Shown one piece after another: positions 51,427 to 64,000 of a stretch of DNA of 64,000 nucleotides. This DNA comes from Eledone cirrhosa (taxonomy: Eukaryota), in contig OZ024742.1 of assembly GCA_964016885.1 (NCBI GenBank), positions 333,808,001 through 333,872,000 of the forward strand, given 5' to 3'. The translations under genes were made by a program, and so were the position numbers. The notes beneath the pieces were generated by a model. That model was not told where the DNA came from. It saw nothing but the letters and a program-made list of their open reading frames with translations, and did not search any database. Within the stretch, counting starts at the first letter, position 1. Each line of letters opens with the position of its first letter.

Positions 51427-51478
51427 GATCTGAGAATCGTACCGTCAATCATAAGATTGACGGTACGATTCTCAGATC
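51427..51478. repeat. Perfect hairpin, 24-bp arms, 4-nt loop
   Basis: GATCTGAGAATCGTACCGTCAATC-ATAA-GATTGACGGTACGATTCTCAGATC. Confidence 0.97.
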
Positions 51479-52769
51479 GTGAGCCCAGTCGTTAATCATA
51501 AGGCTACGTGCGTTTACTCAAATAATATACATTATTTTTCTGTTCTATATCTCTTAATTTTTTCATGTTTTATATTAATATTTTCTTTCGGAATTTCTAC
51601 ATTATTAAAGCCCCTTATTTCTACAGAAATTCAAGCCATATTCTCTACTTTATATTATTCTACAATTTCTCAATCCGCTTTAAATTTTAATTTTTTTTCA
51701 TTCATTAAGTAAAGTGTTCTAGTATTTCCTGCTCACTCCACATTATTTCCATGTAAAGCTATCTTTAATCTGCTTCATTTTTAGATATATTTTCTTAACT
51801 TCAATAATCTGATCCTCTTTATTTAAAAACGTATTTCCAACTGATCGGTTAATAATTTCTATGCTGCTGCCTTTGTTATTGTTATTGTTGGTATTGCAAA
51901 CTTACCAGCTACAACGTACTTTGTTGCTGTGTCCTTTTTTGAAGTAAGGCTTGTATCTATCTATGACAACATTATTATTTCCTTCCACTTTTCAATATTG
52001 TGCAGTACAATTCGAAAAACATGTTCTTGTAGATCTAACCACCATATAGCGACTCCTTCCTTGATTGCATATTTTAGTGTTGTATCATTACAGATTCATT
52101 GATCATTTTATGATTCAATTATAATTTTGCTTCTTCAATACTCTGCTGGTATTTTCAATTTTCTTTTTTCTACTGAGTAACAAGTTTAGCATCATTGGAA
52201 GCTTCATAAAGTTGGTTTTCATACAATTGCTGCTTTTTCTTTAACAACTGACACCGTTCATCACTTTATCGAGATACATATTGGATTACAAAATAATTAT
52301 GCTACAGACAATATAGAAAATCACAAACACACACGTGAAGATACGCAAATACAAACTCATCAGTCATGCACGGGGAAATAAACACACATTTACACAATCG
52401 CATACATAGAAACAATAGCAAATATCATATTCAGACTCACGGGCGCATGCACGAAAAGACATACAAAACTCACAGACATACACACACCCTCACCGGTGTG
52501 CATACCCCCAGCAATATAAGACTCAGAGACACGCACGTGTACACACACATAAATTGAAGCGAGAATGCAGACCTACCAATTTCACTCTAACCTAACAATC
52601 GTTTCCAAATCTTCATGTACCTACCTGTTCTCTGCTAATCCAAACTCTTGATTTCCCGACGAAAGATGTCCGATCGAATCGCCGAACCTCCTCCAATTCC
52701 TCCCAAGTGTGATCCTAACAACACTTTGTATGTTTGCATTCGTGTGTCTTTTTGTTCCTTTTTTTGTTC

Positions 52770-52851
<82 letters not shown>

Positions 52852-54380
52852 CGTTCTTGAATTTTTTTTGCGAGATTTCATATCTGAAAACGTGAGTATA
52901 ATAATATATATATATATATATATATAATACGCATGTACTCACATACGCTCCCACAGAAACGCACACACATATACACACATATGCACACGCATACACATAT
53001 ATATACATGCATACACACATGAGGTTCTTGTGTGTACGTGTGTACATACATATACAAATATTTATAGAGAGAGATAAAGATAGAGAGAAAGAAACAGATA
53101 TTGACATATAGATATATAGTTAAGTTGAGGCTGGCCATAGTTGTGTGTGTAGGCTTGTACGTCATACAGAGAAGACCGAGATAGAGGAGTGTGATAGAGG
53201 GAAGGAAGAACATTGAGCGAGAGGGAAGTTAAGAGAGGAAGTGAATGAATGGGAGAGAGTGAGCGAAAGAGAGGAAGAGAGCATGAATGGAACAGAGAGA
53301 GAGAGGGTTAGGAACTGAGATGCTGGAAATAATATTAGAGTACATCTAAAGAAATTATTCTGAGAAACACAATCAGATTTAAAGGCCAACGAAAATGCCT
53401 TTTGACAGAAAATATCTGCTTACTCAGTACAAATTCACGCCCACCCTACCAAAACCGCAACCTATTCTCTCTCACCAGCATAGCCACCACCAAAATATTC
53501 TGAATAATAACAAAAAAAATCCATCACCACCATCAACATCATTACTTCCTCCACTACCACAACCTCCTCCATGATCTCGTAGATTCGGTTGAGTTCTTAA
53601 TACTGTAAAACTGTACAGATGCCACTGAAGGTTTCTAAGCTACCTACACCCATCACCCACATACTCACCTACCGCCAGCAGTAACAGCACCATCATCACC
53701 CACTCCACAGCCATCCAAACCGCCATCAACGGCACAAACTGCAACGTCACCACAGCCAACCCATTAGCAATACAAGCATCTACCCGCACAACAACATAAC
53801 AACAGCATCACTATCATCATTATCATAGTCACTAACATCACCTCCTTCAAGAACATCACCACCCCCAGCACAGTTTCCAGAAACATAAACCCCACCAACA
53901 TCCACATTCCACCCTCGTGTCATCCATCTTTTGTTGAAAGTAAAACGCTAGAGTTCATCGAGATTGACTCTACGTACGTTCCAGTCAAGTTTGAAATCTA
54001 CTGGCAGGTATTCAAGCTAACGGATTAAGACTTGAGTCGCATTAATGTCTAGTTAGCACATTTTTTTGCTGACTTACCAACTGAACCTTAAAATCTTCTG
54101 GGATATTTGTATTTCTATTGTTTTACTTTTGTGTATTTGTTGGATTGTCGATTTGTCTGTCTATCTGTTTGACTCATTTCTCCTCATTGCTGGTTTTGAC
54201 AATAATTTTTTAAAATTAAATTACTTCATCCTCTTTCTCACTCTTTCTCCCACTCTCTCACTCTCTCTCCCTCCTATCTTTCTCTCTCTTTGTGTCAGTG
54301 TACATTTGTGTGAGTCTGTTCACGTGTCTGCACCCACAAAAACACGGACGCACATACACACACGCATTCATATACATTTA

Positions 54381-54418
<38 letters not shown>

Positions 54419-54592
54419 TTGTGTGTGGGTGTGTATGTGGTCTGCATGTGTGTGAGTGTGTGTGTGTGTATTTGGTCTGTATGTGTGTGCGTGTCTGTAT
54501 GTTGTATGTATGCGTGTGTGTGCGTGTGTATGTGTGTGTGTGTGTTTCGCTGCTTTATTCTGTCTATTAAGGAACACCATTTATATATAAGT

Positions 54593-54658
54593 TGGCGCAG
54601 TGGAAGCGTGCTGGGCCCACAAAACCAGAGGTCCGTAGATCGAAACTGTGCTCTGCTA
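54593..54658 (+). pseudogene. Initiator tRNA-Met pseudogene (5' acceptor strand missing, anticodon CAT>CAC)
   Basis: TGGCGCAGTGGAAGCGTGCTGGGCCCACAAAACCAGAGGTCCGTAGATCGAAACTGTGCTCTGCTA matches eukaryotic tRNAi-Met, including the diagnostic GATCGAAAC T-loop. Confidence 0.88.
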
Positions 54659-54895
54659 TATTATAAAAGTGTGTATGTATATATAGGATATAAGAGTTTA
54701 TTCTGGTGCATTTGTTATTTGCTATGCCCAGCGGGGAAGCTTTTAACATAATACATAGGACTTCGACAATGTTAGTAACAAAGACAAGAACCATATCGCA
54801 AATTAAATTTTAATAAAATTAGACACTCAGACACAAATACACAGACACACAGACTAACACACACACACATATATGTGTGTGTGTGTCTCTGTCTG

Positions 54896-54959
<64 letters not shown>

Positions 54960-56509
54960 GGAAATTAAATTACCAAATATTCTACCGTTTCATTTAGATA
55001 AAATTATTCATAACTTTGCTCAGGCGCAAACACAAAAATGCAGTATTAAAGAAAGCTGCTATTAGGGAAAAACGAAATAAAATGAATTGAGAAAGGAAAT
55101 ATTTCCATATACATTTCTATTCTATTATCAAAGTATCGATGAAAGTGTGAAAAGTAAACTTAATCTTCGTACCAACGTTTAACACATACGCTGTCGGCTC
55201 AGCTGATGACAATGATTTGTATTCATGTGTGTGCATATTATTTGTCTGTTTATGTGTACGCGTGCAGATTTCCCTATCGTTCATTTGTTTCTCTATTCCT
55301 CTTACTTTTTACCTGATATTTCGGTCAGTATGTGTATTTCACTTTCAAATGCATATGTTAATTCTTTCCCTATCTCTCTTTATTCACTCTTCCCCTCTTT
55401 CTATATGTTTTTGAGCGTGACATTGGGTCAGGCAGCACACGGAGGTGATATATATTAGAGTTGATTAAAAGGGCCGTTATGCTATCAACAATTTTCTAGC
55501 ACCTGAGAAACGCTTGGGAAAGAAAACACACGTGATTGTAGAGATCAGCTCAGATCTAACAATGTGGCATGAGAATAAGCTCTTAACTACTTTAAGAAAT
55601 TGTATTATGGTTATAATATCAAACATCGTTTAATCTTATACTACGTTGCTGGATTATCAAAGCTTTGCAATTAGATGAATTCCCACAATCCCTAATACCA
55701 GCTATTCAACAGCCGACAAAGATAAGTTAAGCCACCCTACGCTTTTGATGGAAGCTAAACACATAAACAAATGTCACCCAACAGCTCTATCTGTTATCAG
55801 TACCTCTCTTTATCCCCTATGTGTTCCAACTCACATAACATAGTGGTTTTATAAATAGATACACAGCAAAATCACAAGCCTCCTTTCCTTTGTAGGTGAT
55901 CTGGAGTGCCCGATATTTAACCGCATCAAAATGCACTTGGATTTCATTAGCTAATATATTGGAAATAATCAAATGAAATCGAATTTGATAACACAAGTGC
56001 AAATTTAGAGAAGTAAGTTACGAGAAACTTGGATTTTACAAAAATAAAATATATATATAAGAGAAAATAAAAAAGGAAATATTCTGTTGTTCATTCAAGG
56101 CAGGCCTGATGAAATAACTGATATAAACAGGAGAATGACAAATATGTGTAACTAAACAAGAATGTTATCTATAGAGTTGACATTAACAAGTGGGTAAGAA
56201 ATAAATACCAAAATACAAGAAAGAATAGATGGTAATCACAATATTCTGTCTACAAGATGCATATCACTCACAACACATTTGCAGTATCTGTCGTAACTGC
56301 TACATTGTGTTTTCTGAACTAGCAAATAAAAGAAGATAGCAAGATATATGCAATAAACTGGAAAGTCTTGCTTATGTTTACAGGAAATTTCAATATCATA
56401 TCATTGATCTGTACTAACATCTTATATGAGTTGGTTAGTAACTCAAAACCAAATTCTCCAGCATAAAATATTTACTTTTGAATTTGTATTATTAAAGTTA
56501 GTGCTTTCA

Positions 56510-56660
56510 AGCTGAGTACAAATCCCGTCGTGGTTAACTTTGCCTTTCATCCTTACGGCGTCGATAAAATAAAGTACCATTCATGCTGCTGGCGTTGATT
56601 TAATTGACTTTCCCCTCCCCCAAAATTGCTGGCCTTGTACCTATATTAGAAACAATTATT
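56510..56660 (+). mobile_element. SINE (2427 family)
   Basis: GGTTAACTTTGCCTTTCATCCTTACGGCGTCGATAAAATAAAGTACCA...CCCCCAAAATTGCTGGCCTTGTACC. Confidence 0.88.
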
Positions 56661-56865
56661 AATGGTAGAGCTATGTTCAAGTGTAAAGTCTTTTATATGT
56701 TTAATTTTACTTATGAGTCATTTGCACCAGAAGGTTCCTATATCCCCAACTAATATTTCTAAACTTTCCCATTTTCATCACCAGGATGCAGAGTTCTTGC
56801 GGCTTATATAAAAACATATAAAATGGGTAAATTTGGAACATAATTGTGTTAAACACACACACACC

Positions 56866-56923
<58 letters not shown>

Positions 56924-57528
56924 ACACACCCACACACACACTCTCTCACGCACACACACATACTCAAGCACGCACGCAGACATATATATGTGTGTATCTG
57001 TGTATATGTGTGTACATTCTGTGTGTAATATTCTAATAGTCCTAATGTGGTGATATTACATCAAACATGGTAAAGGTGATATGATTTTGCTAATCCACTT
57101 TCGGTACGTAATAAAAAGGATAAATGGGTGAGTCCGTAGTATGTCTGTGTTGTTCTAACAAAGAAGAGCAATCCTAAAGAAACACATCAACGACAACGAA
57201 ACAGTATGTATGGCTATAAACAATATCAGTAGCAACAACAACAATGACAAAAAAAAAGAAACACCGATTACAATACAATGCACGAGTGTTAAAAAGAAAA
57301 TGTGGTCAATTTAAAATATTAGAAAGTGTGGTTAATGCAATCGATTGCATTCACTGGATGTACAATGTAAGAGTATTGAGATTCCCACAATGCTGTAGAT
57401 GTTCAGATAACGTGTCATTTAAACAAGGAACAAACAACCGTGTGAAAAATATATTGGCATTTCCTGCGCTTTGAACCTCAAAACATCGAAGCCAATGACG
57501 GTAAACAGAATACACAAACACACACATT

Positions 57529-57611
<83 letters not shown>

Positions 57612-58504
57612 GGGGGGGGAGAGATACGGTTTCTTTCAGTGATAGATAGATGTAGAGAAACAGATGCATATTTGTGTTGTACGATTTCGAAATGAAATTT
57701 TAGATTATTTCGTGAGAGCGTAGTGATTGTGCGAGAGTCGGACAAAAGTTCCAATACAATAATTATTATAGACATAGGTGTAAATCAACAACTGACATTC
57801 ACAAGAAGGCACAACATTCAGTTTCGTCTCACAGAGCAATATCAGATTGTTTGCGATTTAATTTAGTTGCTTATTTCTGTTACGTTCTTGTAATATTCTT
57901 TTAATCGTTCTGCCTCACTAACTTTATTAGTTCTTGTTACTGTTTGTTCGAAATTCCATTCCACGCAAGGATATAGAATATCAAGGACATTATTTAGCAA
58001 TTAAACAATGCCTTTACTGGCTTTGCATATCTTACATTTCTTGAGAGCAAATATTCTTCGTGGTTATTAACTGGTTAACATTGAAGTAAATTTTAATTTG
58101 AAATATTTTAAACGTGTGGGTTAACCATTCCTTTCATTTACCATAGCACTTTGCCGTTATCATCAGTTTCCTTCATAAAATTGTCCATGTTTTGCTATTG
58201 TCCTTGTGTTAGCTAGGCTTTTCCTAATATTCCCAGCGGTTAAATCATTTCCAAATTTAATTAGCTGTTTTTCCTTTTGAACGGTAGCTATCTTTCCAAC
58301 TTCATAAGCTTCAGCTTATGTAGGTTTATTACGACTACTGGTAGGGATTCCCATCATACAATAGATGTACATTTATAGTGAAGTAGGTAATATATTGTAA
58401 ACTTACGGGAGTCTATTTTAACACGCAAACACATTTTACTGCCGTCAAATCACATGTTTATTTCATTCCTTGTTTCCTATAAAATGTATATAGTTTTCAA
58501 TAAT

Positions 58505-58562
58505 TTCACTGACATCAGTATCCATTACTGATAAATCAGTAATGGATACTGATATCAGTGAA
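58505..58562. repeat. Near-perfect palindrome, 28-bp arms
   Basis: TTCACTGACATCAGTATCCATTACTGAT-AA-ATCAGTAATGGATACTGATATCAGTGAA, 1 mismatch. Confidence 0.95.
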
Positions 58563-59289
58563 GGTAGTAGTGTATTGAGTATTATAGTTTTCTCTAATTC
58601 CTACAAAAATATGTTTTTTAAATCAAAACGTGGTAAAATAAAAATGAGTGGAGAAATGGATAAGGAAAGTATTCCACATCCAAGCTACACCTAGTTGACG
58701 AAAATATTCATGTGCAGAACACGTTGTGATAGCCGCTACATTAGTTATTCTAGCCAATGGGGTTCCTTCCACAGCTGTGATGTTGTGTTTCCGATTTGGA
58801 GCGGAAAAACAGGAGCCCATCGACAGAGGACACCGAAGGTCTCAAAGGAAACATTCAGTCAATGCCTGGTATATAATTTTCTAATAGGTATATTAGTGAT
58901 CTTCTAATAAGTATATTAGGTATATTAGTGATTTATCTTCAAATGAATCAGACGTATTTAATTCTGACGATGATAGTTACTTTGAAAGTGAAAGCGAAAA
59001 TCTGACGGACACCATTGAAAATACTACAGTAACGTCACGATACGTGTTCATAGTAACGCTAAGACAATGAAATCACATTTTAAATACCGGGTATGCATTT
59101 CTATGGATTTTAATGACGGATGGTTCGGTCAGATAGAAAAAAACGTAACCACTACGAAGTATTATTAAAAAATTTAAAATCAAGAAGGTAGATATGAAAT
59201 TATTATGTTAAATAATAAAAAATATTACGAAGTTATTTTTATAAATACCCATCGTTGATTAAGTCTATGAAAAATCATTGGTCAGTCTG

Positions 59290-59373
59290 ATGTCGACCGG
59301 ATAGGTCGCACCCCAAAAATGTATACTTATTTATCGTTAAAAAAGTGCGACCTATACGCGAGTATATACGGTA
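59290..59373. mobile_element. Probable terminal inverted repeat end of a Tc2/pogo-like DNA transposon relic
   Basis: ...GTGCGACCTATACGCGAGTATATACGG-TA (CCGTA terminus + TA target) with an internal inverted copy TAGGTCGCAC. No partner end was identified. Confidence 0.5.
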
Positions 59374-60384
59374 TGTGATAAACTCCATTTGCCAATAGTG
59401 ATACGCTTATGCTATCAGACTATCTACGTATACGATATTTTGAATATATTATGAATACTTAAAGTTAGCTATACTCTGTGGTGTTTCTTCAAGATAATTA
59501 TCGTGTTGCACCAAAAGTTATATATTGGGATTATTCAGTTAGTAGATTTAGTTTATTTGATAATGGTGAATATCAGAAACAAATGTACAGTTTGTAGGGA
59601 AAAATTGAATAAAACTAAGATAATTATTAACATTGAATTTCTTTCTGTTTTATTTTGAATTCTATCATCAGGTTTCCTGCCACAATGGTATGTGTGTCAA
59701 CATTGGATTACATAGCAAATTGTGGCAACTGAAAAGACGGACATTGTTTTCTATGTGTTTCATGATTTCATTGTTTTCATGTATTTTTCTCTTGTTCTGT
59801 ATAATTGTTCACCTATTAAACATGTTTTTACTGTACCTGATGTTGTTTGTACTGCTACTAAAACTGATGCATCCCTTTCGAGCTTCTTGTTGTTCTGGCA
59901 ACTTAACTGTCATCATATTTACTGTTGTATAAGTTGTATACATTACTACTAATGTTACTTACAGCGAGGGTAGATGTTGGTAATGATTTAGACTTTATGG
60001 GTTTTTCTTTGTTGTAATTATTGCTGCAGTTGTTCCTGATTGTTGCTTATGATGATGATAACGATGTAGGTGTTATATGAAGTAATAGTTTGTCTTGTTG
60101 AATGTTGGAGTTCTATTGGTAGCCGATACTATAAGGATTTGGGGTATAATATTAGGAATACCGATTTTATTTGTTAGAGATAGTATTGATGTTGTAGCTG
60201 TGGTCGTATTTGTTGCTATATGTATTTATATTAATAATACAAATATTATTTATATTTCTATTGCTGTTGATTTGTTGCTATTTATTTTCGTTGTTATTGT
60301 AGATGTTATTGCAACATATTTGTGTTGCAATATTACAGTGTTAGTTTTTGCTGATATTGTTGCTTTTAGTTGACTTTTTTTGCG

Positions 60385-60439
<55 letters not shown>
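60385..60439. repeat. (TTG)n microsatellite in a GTT-rich low-complexity zone
   Basis: Read directly. Confidence 0.95.
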
Positions 60440-60440
<1 letters not shown>

Positions 60441-61045
60441 TCCTACTTGTTTTATAGTAATTAACAGCTTAATTTTCCGCCACTCTTCTTCCGGGATATA
60501 TATATTTCTTTTTACATTTATTGTTTTGTTCGCCTTAACTCTATTACACAGAGCGCCAATCAGATCCGTTATATAAGTGATGATGTTCCCGCCGAGAATT
60601 CCGCTTATGGTTAGCTACCTTTATAGCATTATATCTGGATATGTTGCTTTATAATGGGCTTTATGTCGCTTTTATCGTTGCTTTCTTTACTTCTTGTTCG
60701 TTATTTGCTTATTCCTCACTAATCCTACTTCAATAACTTTCTATATGTTTGCAAATATAATTTCTTACATCCTCCGTTTGTTTTTCTTTTAAACTCACCG
60801 ATATGTATAAACCTATTTCCGTATGAATATCTCCCTCGCGCAGACTCTTCTTTTTCATGTGAACCCCTCTCTTTACCTGCCTGTATATCAGTCAGTTTCT
60901 TACGCCTGTATGTGTATTTGCTCTCCCTATTTTCCCTTGTAATTCATCTATTTATCAATTTATAAGAATATTTCTCGGGGTCTCTCTATGTGTCTATACA
61001 TTCCACTAAACACTGACAGCCACTCACACAAACATACACATTCGC

Positions 61046-61090
<45 letters not shown>

Positions 61091-61704
61091 GTGTGTGTGT
61101 GTGTGTTTGAGTGTGTGTATGTAAATGTATATTTGCGCTTATAGATATATATATATGTAAAGAAAGAGAGAGAGGAAGAGAGAGATGCACGTATGTATGC
61201 ATATATATTAATATGTATAAATATATGTGTGTGTGTATTCATACAAAGACAGGCATATATATATATAAATATAAAGTAATATTTATTCCAAACATAGTCT
61301 GTCCGTACCAAAAGCATAACCTCTGACTTCTATATCCTATCTATCTATCTACTTATCTATCTATCTACTTGGGGATCCTTTTATTTATAATCATTCAATA
61401 TATTAACAACGATTTCACCACCTACCTTAGCCCTCTTCTATTTTTCCTATGTATTTATCTACTTATCCCCATTCGATACATACCACTCACATCCATAGAT
61501 TAGGAAACTCTTGCCAGTTTATATATATGTGTGTGTGTGTATGTGTGTGTGTGTGTGTTTGCGCGCGTGTGTGTGTGTGCGTGTGTGTATTTGTTTGTGT
61601 GTGAGTGTGTGGGTGTGTGTGTGTGTATGTGTGTGTGTGTGCGTTTGTGTGTCTGGGAGTATGTGTATATGTTTTTGTTTACGAGTGCGCATGCATCTGT
61701 GCTG

Positions 61705-61754
<50 letters not shown>

Positions 61755-61757
<3 letters not shown>

Positions 61758-61810
61758 AAAAAGTAAGATCCCGACGGCAGAGCTTAAGCCGTTTCGAGGG
61801 CTATTTCTGG
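61755..61810. mobile_element. Family X fragment within (TA)n
   Basis: TAGGAAAAAGTAAGATCCCGACGGCAGAGCTTAAGCCGTTTCGAGGGCTATTTCTGG matches 24096-24149. Confidence 0.65.
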
Positions 61811-62249
61811 ACTACATATATATATAGAGAGAGAGAAGGTGGGGAGCGAGAGAGAGAGAGGACATATCCAACCATACATACTACATCCATGCCATGCCGT
61901 ACATAAGAACCACTCTCTCTCGTTATCCCCTCTCACTTTCTCTCTCTCTTTTTATCACCTCTCACTATCTCTTTCTCTCTCTCACTCACTCTCTCCCATT
62001 CTCTGTATCTCTCTATATATCGATCTCTCTGTCTTTATCCCTTCTTCCATCCTCCTCTTCCTTCTCACTGCCGGCTTGTTCGCTCTTTTGTTTATTGTCT
62101 CTCATGTAATCTCAAAGCACCACATCAATTCCATCGTATTTCACTGACCACCCAACACCTCTTCACATAACCACACGCCATCCAAACTTATTTAAAACTT
62201 TTCCCACAACTATAATTTCGCAGTCTCAGTAATTCCGTATATACACAAG

Positions 62250-64000
<1,751 letters not shown>

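Noticed and set aside
58050-58400. Tigger/CENP-B HTH remnant on the - strand
   Set aside because: The resemblance is vague, with no continuous frame and no TIR pair.

Overview
This is AT-rich, microsatellite-saturated eukaryotic DNA. The (TA)n/(CA)n/(GA)n/(GAA)n density and the SINE types suggest a cephalopod such as Octopus, but that is inference. I see no intact host gene, and almost every entry in the ORF track is a microsatellite or antisense artefact. The real content is retroelements: a near full-length but disrupted L1/Tx1-clade LINE (-, ~14.9-20.0 kb), a CRE-like RLE LINE 3' fragment, a decayed CR1-type RT, several RTE 3' ends with (GAA)n tails, a Penelope-like element with an inverted 3' arm (35.4-37.8 kb), many tRNA-derived SINEs and a tRNA-iMet pseudogene. 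The most notable unannotated structure is non-coding. There is a dense set of minimal type I hammerhead-ribozyme motifs in short, (TA)n-embedded, often fold-back elements. One ~310-nt unit occurs in different circular permutations, which is retrozyme-like. A non-autonomous RTE-derived element in (ATGT)n has a candidate HDV-like ribozyme at its 5' end, and there is a possible decayed secreted-protein gene on the minus strand. All RNA structures were folded by eye and need computational and biochemical confirmation.
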